DNA from: Ginglymostoma cirratum
Taxonomy: Eukaryota
DNA length: 64,000 bases
Direction of reading: 5' to 3'
Assembly: GCA_024137785.1 (NCBI GenBank)
Contig: JAHRHZ010000217.1
Span: forward strand, 9,281,641 to 9,345,640
Shown here: positions 14,748 through 27,781 of the stretch, one piece after another
Layout of the letters: each line of letters starts with the position of its first letter
How positions within the stretch are numbered: position 1 is the stretch's first letter
Translations under genes and position numbers: made by a program
Notes under the pieces: model-generated
What the model saw: the letters and a program-made list of their open reading frames with translations, nothing else
What the model was told of the DNA's origin: nothing
The model's database searches: none

Positions 14748-15115
14748 CTTAGCTCAATTGATGGCATTGCCCTCTGGGTTCAGAGATTTGTGAGTTCAGA
14801 ACTTTAGTGTGATACTGAGCGATTGCTCCATTGTCAGGAATGCTGTTTCCCTTCCTGAAGTCTTTTTTTAAAAAAATCGTCAACTTCTGGTTCAAAAATC
14901 CGGAGCAATTCCACAGAATTGTTTTGGATAGGCATTCCTCATCCAGCAAGCCCGAATAGTTTAACTTTTTATCTCACTTGCTGTATTTGCGACATTACTG
15001 TTAACACACTAGTGAGCAGGTTTTCCTATGAGACATCAATGACACTTCCAAAGTAACTCATTGGCTGTGGAACACTTCAGCATATCCTGAAAGCATGTCA
15101 GGTATTATTTAAATG
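14748..15115 (+). mobile_element. Ancient Deu-domain (SacSINE/AmnSINE-like) SINE remnant; another at about 6100-6385 (-)
   Basis: Decayed tRNA head TAGCTCAATTG..GAGTTCAG, GTGTGATACTGAG..TGCTCCATTGTCAG core and CTTCCAAAGTAACTCATTGGCTGTG tail. Confidence 0.5.
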
Positions 15116-15118
15116 AAG

Positions 15119-15274
15119 GAGCAAATGACTGCAGATGCTGGAATCTGTACAGAAGACAAAAGAATGCTAGAAATCACAGCAGGTCTGGCAGCATCCATGG
15201 AGAGAGAGCAAGCTAATGTTTTGAGTCTTGAAATGCTACCTGACCTGCTGTGATTTCCAGCATTTTTTGTTTTC
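15119..15274. mobile_element. Fold-back element of the same family with the hammerhead mostly deleted
   Basis: Arms ATGCTAGAAATCACAGCAGGTC / GACCTGCTGTGATTTCCAGCAT; degenerate TSD ATTATTTAAATGAAG (15104-18) vs ATTATGTAAATGATG (15275-89). Confidence 0.65.
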
Positions 15275-17030
15275 ATTATGTAAATGATGCTGTTCCTTCA
15301 TAAGGACGCTCCAGTTTTTATGGTGACTACCTGGTAATTATTTAAGAAATGATTGCTGGCTCAGAAAATCTATACTTTCCTTTGCTGGAACTTAAAATTT
15401 TTTTTTTTATTTTGTTCACAGGATGTGGGGCAACACTGAGTGGTACAGTATTTATCACCTATTCCTAATTGCTTATGGGGCATTTAAGAGACAACCACAT
15501 CGCTGTGGGTCTGGAGTCATGTATAGGCCAGACCAGATAAGGATAGCAGATTTCCTTCCCATTCGTGAACCAGAACTTTTTTTCCTCAAATGACAATTGA
15601 CACTGGTTACATGGCTATTGTTAATCATTTTTATTCCAGATTTTTTTATTGAATACAAATTTCACTTTCTGCCCCAGTGGCATTTGAACCGTTGGCCGGG
15701 TCATACAGGATTGTTAGATTAATGACACTATTGCCTCCCCATTTGTTAATTTGAACAAATAAGTTTTGTGGTTTAAAATTTTCAATCCGTATCCAGTTTT
15801 AATCCAGCAGAAATTGTGACCAGTGATGTAGTGTGTGGTAACGGGTAAAATTGTCCCTTCCAAAAATAAGAAAATACTTTTTTCTAATGACACTGGTTTC
15901 AGGCAGGATGTTGCTTAAATATGAACATATGTACAAGTGCATATAGACACTTAGGTCGGTGTTCTTGTGCGTATGTATGCATGTGTTCAATCTGGTATGT
16001 ATATATACATGTGTCAATGAATAAAACAATATGAGTGAAAAAAAATTGTAAAAAGTGAGCCTGAAAGAACTAAAAACAAGATGGCAAGATCACTGTGATA
16101 GATGGACTAATTTCCTTGAAATCAGATTGTTGATACTGTCTTTAAAAACTTGCAAAATGTATCTAAGAATTACCTGTCAATGCAGCTCTAATTTAAAGAC
16201 CTTGTTCTGACCAGTTATGAATAATCACCCTTTTTTTTAATACACTTTAGCTGCGACAAAAGAATATAAATTATTTTTAGCATGTCGCTAAATACACTTC
16301 CATTTAAAATATAGTTCAAATTGCAAAATTAATGAGCTAATTGCAAGGTTTTCTCCAGTGGAAGAAGGAGGAATTTTTATTACGTACTAACCCCAGAACA
16401 AAGAATAAAATATGATATTAAACCCAAACATACACAAAGTTTAAAAAGTGTGATGTACCTAGTACAGGCTGGAAGGTAAAACAATATGTATTTAAAAATC
16501 CTTAAAGTTATTCAAGTATTGATTTCAGCCAGGGACCACGATTGCTTAATGTATGACTCTTATCCTCAGCAGTTGGTAAATATTACAGAAGTCTTCGAGT
16601 TCTCATTGAATAGATATTTCTGCAATTTGATTCATCACCATGTGTTACATTGCAAGAGACTGAGAGAAAGCTGAGAGTGAGGCACCCTTCCAGCTCTGCT
16701 ATTGCAAGTCCAGTTTTCTCACTCTCTCTCTCTCTATCTACTCTGCCTGAAAACAGTTGCTTGAAATACAGCTCATTTGTGTATATCCAAGTTCAGGCTT
16801 CATTGTTCCTCCTCCCACTGTATAATCTGCAGGAAGTGAAATTTCATTTCCAGAAATGAAATTTCCAGGAAATGAAATTTACCCAGAAAGATATAACTCA
16901 AACAGCAGATACATATTTGCATGACAATGCCTTTTTATAATGATGTTAATTCCTGCTCTGACTGATTTTTTTTCTTCCTGATAATTTCATGAATTGGCTC
17001 AAGCTGTGGTCAGGTAATCTTAAATCAGTG

Positions 17031-18834
17031 GACGTCCAGTCCCTATACACCTGTATTCCCCATGCAGATGGCCTAAAGGCCCTCTGCTTCTTCCTGTCCT
17101 GCAGAACTGACCAATCCCCCTCCACTGACACCCTCATCCGCTTAGCCGAACTCGTCCTCACCCTCAACAACTTCTCTTTCAATTCCTCCCACTTCCTACA
17201 GACAAAGGGGGTGGCCATGGGTACCCGCATGGGCCCAAGCCATGCCTGCCTCTTTGTAGGTTACGTGGAACAATCCCTCTTCCGTACCTACACTGGCCCT
17301 AAACCCCACCTCTTCCTCCATTACATTGATGACTGTATCGGCGCCGACTCGTGCTCCCACAAGGAGCTGGAACAGTTCATCCACTTCACCAACACCTTCC
17401 ACCCCAACCTGAAGTTCACCTGGACCATCTCCAACACTTCTCTCTCCTTCCTGGACCTCTCTGTCTCCATCTCAGGAAACCACCTAGAAACCGATGTCCA
17501 TTTCAAGCCCACTGATTCCCACAGCTACCTGGAATACACCTCCTCCCACCCACCTTCCTGCAAAAATGCCATCCCCTATTCCCAATTCCTTCGCCTCCAC
17601 CGCATCTGCTCCCAGGATGAGGCATTCCACTCCCGCACATCTCAAATGTCCTCATTCTTCAAGGCCCGCAACTTCCCCCCACAGTGGTCGAGAACACCCT
17701 CAACCGTGTCTCCCGCGTTTCCCGCAACTCATCCCTCACACCCCGTCCCCGCAATAACAACCAAAAAAGAATCCCCCTCGTCCTCACGTACCACCCCACC
17801 AACCTCCGCATCCAACGCATCATCTTCCGACACTTCCGCCATCTGCAATCCGACCCCACCACCAAAGACATTTTTCCCTCCCCACCCTTGTCTGCTTTCC
17901 AGAGGGACCACTCCCTCTGTGACTCCCTTGTCCGCTCCACACTCCCCTCCAGCCCCACCACACCCGGCACTTTTCCCTGCAACCACAGGAAGTGCTACAC
18001 CTGCCCCCACACCTCCACCCTCACCCCAATCCCAGGCCCCAAGAAGACCTTCCACATCAAGCAGATGTTCACCTGCACATCTGCCAATGTGGTATACTGC
18101 ATCTGCCGTACCCGTTGTGGCCTCTACATTGGGGAAACCAAGCGGAGGCTTGGGGACCGCTTTGCAGAACACCTGCGCTCAGTTCACAACAAACAACTGC
18201 ACCTCCCAGTCGCGAACCATTTCAACTCCCCCTCCCATTCCTCAGATGACATGTCCATCCTGGGCCTCCTGCAATGCCAGAGTGATGCCACCCGAAGGCT
18301 GCAGGAACAGCAAATCATATTCAGCCTGGGAACCCTGCAGCCCAATGGTATCAACGTGGATTTCACAAGCTTCAAAATCTCCCCTCCCCCAACCGCATCC
18401 CAAAACCAGCCCAGCTCGTCCCCGCCTCCCTAACCTGTTTTTCCTCTCACCTATCCCCTCCTCCCACCTCATGCCCTACCCCCATCTCCTATCTACTAAC
18501 CTCATCCCGCCCCCTTGACCTGTCCGTCCTCCCTGGACTGACCTATCTCCTCCCTACCCCCCCCACCTACACTCACCTTTACTGGCTCTATCCCCGTCTC
18601 TTTGACCTGTCTGTCTCCTCACCACCTATCCTCTCCTCTATCCATCCGCTGTCCGCCTCCCCCTCTCTCCCTATTTATTTCAGAACCCTCTTCCCTTCCC
18701 CCATTTCTGATGAAGGGTCTAGGCCCGAAACGTCAAGCTTTCCTGCTCCTATGATGCTGCTTGGCCTGCTGTGTTCATCCAGCCCCACACCTTGTTATCT
18801 CGGATTCTCTAGCATCTGCAGTACCTATTATCTC
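17031..18834 (+). mobile_element. Penelope-like retroelement (Neptune-like), 5'-truncated: RT + Cys linker + GIY-YIG endonuclease + 3' hammerhead
   Basis: RT motifs DVQSLYT, QTKGVAMG, YIDD, FLDL; linker CNHRKCYTC; VVYC...LYIGETKRRLGDRFAEH GIY-YIG. One -1 frameshift near 17680. Perfect 16-bp TSD TAATCTTAAATCAGTG at 17015-17030 and 18835-18850. Confidence 0.93.
18704..18737 (+). ncRNA. Minimal type-I hammerhead ribozyme motif in the PLE 3' end
   Basis: CTGATGA (18707-13), A, stem II GGGT-CTAG-GCCC, GAAAC, GTC with predicted cut after 18734. Stem III is reduced to the palindrome ACGT; stem I (TTT/AAG) is weak. Confidence 0.7.
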
Positions 18835-20297
18835 TAATCTTAAATCAGTGTTTTTTTCTGTCTTTGAAACTATTTTACTCCATGAGGGGTTTCAGGTATT
18901 GAAATCAGATGGTGGAAGTTAAAAATTGGAAGTCCATATTTTGCTACCAATGTAACAATGGTATAACTTACCTTCAGTAAACTTTAGTCACTACAGTGGT
19001 AAACTAACATTCATTGTAATGCAAGTTACCTCTTTGCAGTTCAGACAAATTATTTACTACTACAAGTCTCTTACGGTTTTTAGATTTGATTGAATAGCCT
19101 CGTACATTGTAGAAATATTTTCTATACAGTAAGTAAAATGGTGTTTAATGTTAGCATTTTTCATTTACTAGTTTATAACTGCTGTGTGCCTTTGTGAGAT
19201 CATTATTGGTGCTTTGTCACTTGATCACTTTATCACATGATTTCTGTGATTCACATTTAGTCTCGGATGTTTGATATCTGTTGAGCACATTAAATGCAAA
19301 TTATTTTGGCACCTAATGTTCTTGCTTTAATCAATAGCTGTAGTCATACTACTTCAAACAATATTTCATCTAACATTCTACAGTTTCCTGTAAAAGGCAG
19401 TAATAGGCCTCTTCTTTTGTTCTGCAAAAAACACTAGCTTGGGCAGAATTGAGCAATAAGACACAGCCCTGAAAAATACTGCTCTGAATTAGGCCTTAAG
19501 GCAAGGATGTCATTTCACCTTGAGTCTTAAAGTGCTGGGCACTGGCAGGTGAGCCAGTCTGCAATGGTCATTTTGGTATAGACGGGATGGGAGAAAGAGC
19601 AAATCAGTTGAGAGGAGGCGGGGGTGGATTTTCTTTTGTGCTTCAGTGTCGCCCTCTTGCAAGAAGCTCTCCCCTTCATTCCTCCCGACTGCAGCTCCAC
19701 CAAGCTCAAACCCTTGACCCCTATCTCTGTACTCCCTAGACCTCCAAATCACTCTCCACCGTAAAAGCCGAATGGTGGTGATTTCCTTTCCACAGTCACT
19801 GGTTACTTGCCTGTCTCTGCTCGGCGTTGCTTTTATTCCCTTGCACCTGCTGGGATGTCCACTATTGAGTTCTGACACTGCAGTAAAACAATTACGTGGG
19901 TGGTCTAGTCAGTGGTGGCCCATTTGGGTTATTGATGTTTAAGTCCTGGCGATGGCAACGCTTCTGATTGTCAAGGGAAAGGGATTAGGCATTCTCTTAT
20001 TGCTGAGGGTATTGGCTGGCACTTATATAACTTGTGCCACTTATCAGTTCAAGTCTGAAATGCTGCATTAATAATGCTCTATTACTATCTGAGGTTTAAT
20101 GTGAATGGAGTACAACATATGTGAACATCAGTGAACAGCCCCATTTCTGACCTTATGATGGAGCAGTTGGAAATAGTCGAGCCAGGATGCTGTGTCAGTG
20201 CTTTGGCTTGAAGTGATACATATGATGATGTAATGAATTACAAAGTTGACTTTTCTTTCCACTTTGTCTTGAATGTGTTCACTCCAGGGTCCAAGCG

Positions 20298-20357
20298 ATG
20301 GAGCTGATGAGAGGATATTCCACAGGCTGTGAAATGTTGACAGTTAGGAAATATTGA
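20298..20357 (+). promoter_or_regulatory. Upstream ORF (19 aa, MELMRGYSTGCEMLTVRKY*) in the putative 5'UTR
   Basis: gcgATGg strong Kozak context at 20298, two more in-frame ATGs, TGA at 20355-20357, which is 39 nt before the main ATG. Depends on the 20287 acceptor being used. Confidence 0.5.
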
Positions 20358-20390
20358 TTCCACCTTCACAGTGTGCAGAAGAACTGCTGA

Positions 20391-20594
<204 letters not shown>

Positions 20595-22539
20595 TGATAC
20601 ATAATGGAAATCTGTGAACTTTGAGAGCAATTTATTAATATCGCCTCTATTCCATCAATCCATATAACCTATACAGGATTTCAGAGTCCTTGCTATTTTT
20701 TGGTTGAAGTCAAGTTATTTGTAAATTATACTATATCATTGTTTAAATCAATAAAATTCATTTCCATCTCTCCCTTAGCGACCACATGAAGCAAAATATG
20801 CGTTTTCACCTGTTTGCAAGAGTTTGCAAATTGGATGTGGGTTGTGCTGAGTCACAATGGCCTAGGCAGGTCAGTCCTCTTCACCTTGGGGATGTTTCCC
20901 AGACACCCATTTCCCAGCATTTCCCCAAAGTCGCAACTCAAGATCCAACTGCTGAGGTGCTGATTTGAGATGGACCAGGTGACAGGAAGCAGAATCTGGG
21001 ATTCAAACGCTATTGCATATATTCCTATATATGGCTGGAATGATGCAATAAACACACAGCTATAGCAGCTAGTTTATGGCAGTATGTAAGGAAAGCAATT
21101 CTAGTAATTCCAATATGTTGAATCAAAGACAGCGCGAGACAGACTCAAAACATTCTAGTGGTGTCAACCAGAGAAATTGATAAGTCTGCAATTTCCTACA
21201 CTATTTTCATCATAAAATGAAAACGCTTTTTTTTTAATAAATGCAGTGGAAAATTTTACTTTCCACATTTTCAGCTCAAAAAGAATGGCTGTCTACAAAT
21301 TCACTGGTCATTTATTGACTTGTTACTGCTAACCAATAGTTGAACTTGAATAAAAGTTGCATGTTGCCCAGTACAAACCTATGGTTTGGTGTGGTCCAAC
21401 TGGCAGAGCTCCAATGAGGTAAGATGTGGGAGCAGTGTGGCGCTGATGCAGAATATGTTTAAAGAGCAACGAAGATGCAGAATCTCCAACTACTTTACAT
21501 TGTCATGGGATTTCAGAGGGAGGGCAGGTAAGTGACTGCACCTGCAACAGGTCCACATAAAGGATTGCTGTGTAAATAATGAGGGGTCTTTCCTGCCACC
21601 TTATCATGTTTTCCAGAGACAGAAAGGCCTGGAGAAGCAGTGACACCCCTTTACACCTCGCTGTCTCAGGATTACTGTGAGGGACAAGCAACAAGGTGAA
21701 AAGTAACCCAAAAAGATTACAAGTACATTTTGTTTTTTGCAGATATCCATTGGATGCTCAGGGCTAAAGAGTTTCTGCCTAGTCTTTTCACGCAACAATT
21801 GTACAATGCTTTGGTCAGCAGCCTTCACTGCTTCTGCGGGCCTCTTGGGGCCGTCTGTCTGGGATTCTGGGAGCAAATATTGTCAAGAAACAGGCTTATA
21901 CTGGGGGCATATCAGATCAATGTCAACAATCTGAACTGACAAATTGAATTAGGAACAATGTAGCATGGGTACATCATACTTAATTTAGAGAGACTGAATG
22001 ATGACCGCTGTGAGCTTTTAGTTGATTTTCTTCTGTTTAGTGAATACTTTTCCAAACTGGGCATAATATATCTACATATGAGATTATTCTGTTGATTAAA
22101 AAAAAATTCAATTTAGTCATCAGGCTGTACTAAGTTATCTCTTATTCTGCAGAAAATAGGTTTTTCTGATGGGAGAATATATTTTTGTAAATCTGTAAGG
22201 GCTCATAATATTGAGTTGAAACTTCAGTCAGCAGAATTTTCATTGTGCAATGTGTCATGGGGAATGTGTGTGAGGAGACTAAAACTGTTCAACGGGGTAA
22301 TAATGGGAATACCAGAAAGCTGGTAATTGCAGTAAAATTCCTCTCTCATTGTCTTTAAAGTTTACTAGACCCAACAGAAGCTCTTGCCTCAATCAAATTC
22401 GGCTCAAGTAGCAGCAAAGTATGTTTAATGATTTAAAAACGTCTGATTTTTCTGTATGGCAAACTTAAACTGTGTGGGAGGATTGACAACTATTGAAAGT
22501 GGATAATCAAACTGCTGGGAGCTAAGATGATTTTTTTTT

Positions 22540-22858
22540 TCCATTTATTCATTCACGGGATCACTGACCAGGCAGCATTTATTGCCCGTCGCTAATTGCC
22601 CAGAGGGCACTTTTTAGAGTCAACCAACATTGCTGTGGGTCTGGAGTCAAATGTAGGCCAGACCAGGTAAGGATGGCAGTTTCCTTCCGTAAAGGGCACT
22701 AGTGAACGAGATGGGTTTTCCCAACAATCGACAATGGATTCACGGTCATCGTTAGATTCTTAATTCCAGATATTTTATTGAATTCAGATTCCACCATCTG
22801 CCGTGGGGTCTCTGGATTAACAGTCCAGCGATAATACCACTACGCCATTGCCTCCCCT
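22540..22858 (-). mobile_element. Second tRNA-derived SINE family (also about 12610-12942 -, 15410-15740 -, 11130-11435 +)
   Basis: Minus strand begins GGCAATGGCGTAGTGG (A box); shared core TGGGTCTGGAGTCA.ATGTAGGCCAGACCAG; tail GGGCAATAAATGCTG...GAATGAAT. Confidence 0.75.
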
Positions 22859-23033
22859 ATTGCATCAATATCGTGTGTGAATGAGTTTGCAAGTACACCT
22901 TCTTGAACTGAAAAGAGAGACAACCGTCTTGCATCAAAAGATGGAACCTGAAAATCAAATCCAAACCCACTGGAGTCTGAGCAAAATTGCAGTGCATAGG
23001 CCAGAAAATGGGAAAGACTCCAATTCAGCCGAT

Positions 23034-23356
23034 TGTAGAGTCTTTTCAGTGCAGAAGCAGTCCATTGAGTCCACACTGACCCTCTGAAGAGCATCCCACC
23101 CAGATTCACCCCTTACCTTATCTCTGTAACCCTACATTTCCCATGACTAACCCCCCTAACCCACACATCCCTAGATACTACGGGCAATTTAGCATGGCCA
23201 ACCCACTTAATCTACATATCTTCGGACTGTGGGAGGAAACTGGAGCAAACCCACACAGACACGGGGAGAAAGTGCAAACTCCACACAGACCGTCACCCGA
23301 GGGTGGAATTGAACCCTGAGACAGCAGCGCCAACCACTGAGCCGCCATGCTGCCCC
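23034..23356 (-). mobile_element. HE1/V-SINE-like SINE
   Basis: Reverse complement of the 45354 family. Confidence 0.85.
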
Positions 23357-24891
23357 ATGGTTTCCACCCATGCTTTCAAGTTAGCTATTTTTTAGGTGTG
23401 TGAGGTGGGAGTTGTGAAATAAAAGCATATCTTACTCCTTTAGTTATTATCTCTCTAAATGAAAAGATTTGCTAGAAACATTCAAAATTATGATGGGCTG
23501 AATGGATTTTGGTGCCGTTATAAGCCAAGACTGTACAAGGAAACAGGAAGATGGAATTTTCCATTAAAGTTGACATCCTGTCACTGGGTCTGAAATCAGC
23601 AGCTGACACCACTTTTGGTGACAGAGGGACTTTGGAAAGCATTTTGTAGGTAGCTTGACCCTCCCAAAGCACTGCTGACCTATTCAGAGGGCAAGCAACA
23701 ATTGCAGTTCCAAAGAGAGAGGGAGGCTCTAAGAGAGTTGAGCTGGTCTGTGGGATGCCGAGTCCTGGCTCGGAGACGTGTGCCATTGAGCAATGGCATT
23801 GTTGCAGGTTATGGAGTGTCCATCACAGAGGAGCCCTGACTGAGCCCAGCTGGCAGTCTCACCATCTTGTGATGGACCCTTTCAATGAAGGGAGAATGCC
23901 AGTGGAGGTGAGAAATGGTTCTTAGTTAACTGTTTAAGTGGCAGGCAGTCAAGCTGCCAACTTTTCCAGCATTGGCATTATGATGTGATGACGCAAAAGC
24001 AGAAAGATGCCAAACCTCTTGCTCAATACCTACCCTGCCTCCAACTCCACAACCTAATTTGCTGGTTCCAGGATCTACGATTAATCTTCTTAAATTTATT
24101 GGGAGGCCTTGGATGAACAGCTGGATTCCGAAGACATTTGGGAGCTTCCTGAATAAATCTGTCATTATGCAATACCATTCTTTTCGTAGTTGATTTGTTG
24201 CTGCCTTCTCATCAATATGACTTCTTCAGTTTCAAGTTCTGAAAGTGCCAGTGATTCCCTGGAGCCACTTGAGGCAAGAAAACACAGCCCACTATTTCTG
24301 CAAGTTCATTAGTTAGTAGTGATAGGACATGAGTTTAAAGTAATCACCAAAATTACAGGAGGTGAAGTTATGACGCCTATTTAAGACAAGTTAGTTGTAA
24401 ATTGATGTAACTTTTTAAGAAAAAAAAACCTCAATTTTTACCATTTTACTCGAGTTAGACTGAGGGCTTGGTAACGCAGTGGACGTGGAAATAACACGCT
24501 GAATAAACCTGACTAGAATAATAAATCTCCATGATGTTCTGGAGCTCTTGTATGTGCTGAAGGTTGATATGTTATTTCAAAACTTAGTTTCTAAAATAGA
24601 CAGAGTCACGTGTAGCTTTAAGGTTGATTTTTACTCCTGCGTTGTGTGTTCGAAATGAAGGACATAGTTTTAGTTTCATGTTAGATGAGATTTGTGAGTG
24701 GTTAAGAGCCGTCTAGATATGTTTACATGCATTCAAGTGGGGCTTCAATAAAAACCTCTTGAAGTGAGTAGTTCAGTGCTTCAGTAAACAAGTAGAAGAA
24801 AGAAAAAATGAGTTGTTGCCTAGCAACAATGTGTCTAATGGCACAATGACAGGAAGAGGTTTTAAGACTATACGATGTAGGAGCAGAATTA

Positions 24892-25238
24892 GGCTGCCCA
24901 TGCTGGCTCAGTGGTTAGCACTGCTATCTAACAGTGCTAGGGACCCATGTTTGATTCCACCCTTGGGCACTGTGTGGAGTTTGCACATTCTCCCCATGTC
25001 TGCATGGGTTTTCTCTGGATGCTCCAGTTTTCTCTCACAGTCCAAAGATTTTCAAGTTAGATGAATTGGCCGTGCTAAATTGCCCCATAGCATCCAAGAT
25101 ATACAGGCTAGGTGGATTAGCCATAGGAAAAGCAGGGTTATGGTGATAGGGTGGGGTTCCGTGTGGGATGCTGTTTGGAGGGTCGGTGTGGACTCGATGT
25201 GCCAAATGGCCTGCTTCCACACTGTGGGCGTTCTATAA
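24892..25238 (+). mobile_element. HE1/V-SINE-like SINE
   Basis: Same family; abuts a minus-strand CR1 tail-to-tail. Confidence 0.85.
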
Positions 25239-25240
25239 CT

Positions 25241-26760
25241 CATTTGGCCCATCAAGTCTGCTCTGCCATTCAATAATGGCTAATGTATTTCTTAACTGTA
25301 TTCTCCTGTCTTCTCCCATACCTTTGATTCACTTGCTAATCAAGAACCTATCTATATCTGCCTGATATACACTCAATGACTTGGCCTTCACTTGGCCTGT
25401 GACAATTAGTGCTACAGGTTCACCATACTCTGGCTGAAGAAGTTCCTCCTCATCTTAGTTCTAAAGGGTTGACCCTTAGCTCTGAGGCTATTCACTTGGG
25501 ACCTAGTCTCTCCTACTGGTGGAAATGTCTTTCCGATGTCCTCTCGATCTAGATCTTTCCGTATTCTGTGTGATTTAATGAGATTCCCCCCTCATCCTTC
25601 TAAACTCCATTGAATACAAACCCAGAAACCTCAACTGCTCTTCATGTGACAAGCCTTTCATTCTCACATCATTCTTGTGAACCGCCTCCAAGGCCTGGAC
25701 ATCCTTCCTGAGATATGGGGACTAAAACTTCCCACAACATTCCAAACGCAGTCTGACCAAAGATTTATACAGCCTCAGTGGTACACCCCCGGTTTTCATA
25801 TTTTAGCCTCTTGAATTGCCTTTCTAACTGCCAACTCAACCTGCATGTTAACCTTAAGAGAATCCTGAACTAGGAATCCTAAGTCCCTTTGTGATTCAGA
25901 CTTCTGAAAACTTTCCCATTTAGAAAACAGTCTACCCTTCTATTCTTTCTACCAACATGTATAACCTCATCCTTTCCCACACTGTATTCCATCTGTCACT
26001 TCTTTGCCAGTCTCCTAGACTGTCCAAGTATCTGTTCCATTGACATTTCTTTGTTCCCCATTACAACCTCTCTAACCTCATTTTCCAGCAGTCCCATGTC
26101 CACACTTGCCTCTCTCTTACCTTTTATATATCTGAAAAAAACTTTTGCAATTTTATTTAATATTGCTGGCTAGTTTACTTTGATATTTCATCTTTTCCTT
26201 CTTATTGCTTTTTTTGGTTATCATCTGCTAGTTTTTAAAGGCTTCCCAATCCATTTGATTTTCCACTAATCTTTGCCACATTGCATGCTGTTTCTTTTGC
26301 TTTTATGCTGTGCCTGACTTCCCTTGTCAGCCACGATTCCTTGTCGTCCCCTCAGTATGCTTTTCCTTCCTTGGGATGAATTTCTGCTGTGCCTCTTGAA
26401 TTACCCCAGAAACTCCTGCCATTGCTACTCCACTGTCTTCCCTTCTATGTCCCCCTTCCAATCAACTCAGGCCAGCTCCCCCTTCATGTCTTTGCAGTTT
26501 TGCATATCTTTTATACTTGCATACTCATTTATATCTAATTCCAGCTTCTTCCTCTCAAACTGCAGTCTGAATTCTATCATATTATGGTCACTGCCCCATT
26601 GAGGTTCCTTCACTTTAAAGCTCCCTAATCAAGAATGCCTCATTACACATCACCAAATTTTGGGATCTGCTACCAACCTGATTTTCCCAGTCCACCTGCC
26701 TATTGAATCACCCATGATCCTTGTAATAGTGCCTTTCTTACAGGCCTTTTCTATCTCGAC
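25241..26760 (-). mobile_element. CR1-clade LINE, degraded and internally deleted
   Basis: DNA similarity to the 3' region of 39855-41780, followed by more 5' ORF2 remnants. Confidence 0.7.
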
Positions 26761-27781
26761 AGCACAGTGCCCTCCTGTCCCAATACTGATGACAGTACCC
26801 CATGAAACCCCTCTTTCCCACACCACTGCGGTTTATTGACAGGAATTAAGATGGTTCACATATATACAGTGCTGTCTCAGAGTTTTTAGCCCAAGTATCA
26901 GAATTCACCTATCGCTGGTTAGCAAGTGCTCAGTACCTTGTAAATTACAGGACTCATCTAAGATGTTTTAATCAGGTCTTCTAAACAAAACAGAGTATTT
27001 ATTTTCCTCATTATGATTCAGCGAAGACTTCCCCTGCAGCTTGGCTCTGTCTTTTATATCTAAACATGTCTATCTCTCCTATTATCTGCTTTATTTACCC
27101 TTGTTTGATGCATACTGCATTGAGTCACAGTGCAGATGCAGCAGTCAGATAACTGTGTTGAATGCTTATCGCTGTGGGAAGCTACTCACTGTTAACAAGG
27201 GAAAAGAGCAGGGAATGCAATTCATTGAATAGTAGTGCCAAAGAGACAGCACAGACATGACAGGCCAAATGGCCTTTCCCTGTGTTATGAGATTCTACGA
27301 TAAGGGAGAGTGGTTTTCATTGCCCTGATTAATCCTGTTGCTGTAGCTATGAAACCCTATGCAGGACAATTAATATTTAATATAATACACATGAGAGTTA
27401 CAGTTCTGTGCTCACTCCAAATTGGATATGAAATCTTTAACAAGATTGTTCTTTTGGCTACAGGAGACCCATTAAACCCAGTCTGTTCTGTTTGTTATAT
27501 GATAAAATGTTCCAGTCATTTCCCATCCTCAGTTTCAGTTGGAGTTAAAACAGCCACAGTGCAGCAAAGGTTACACCATGTGGAATCTAGTGCTCGCTAA
27601 GGAGGCAAGATAGGAGGCAGGAAGGGCATTTAATTGGGCAGGTGATGACATAACCCGATCCTGATTACTTTTTGCCTCTGCCTGAATTAAGTTCTGGATG
27701 GGAAGGTCCATACTAGTCCATCATGTCCCTATCTCTGGGTCTGGGTTCAAGTCCTACCTGCTCCAGAGCTGTGTAACAATT

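Noticed and set aside
16989-18518. 509-aa ORF as an intact protein
   Set aside because: Its start lies in flanking DNA and the TSD. After about 17680 it is the wrong frame of a C-rich PLE, giving a spurious Pro/Ser/Thr tail.
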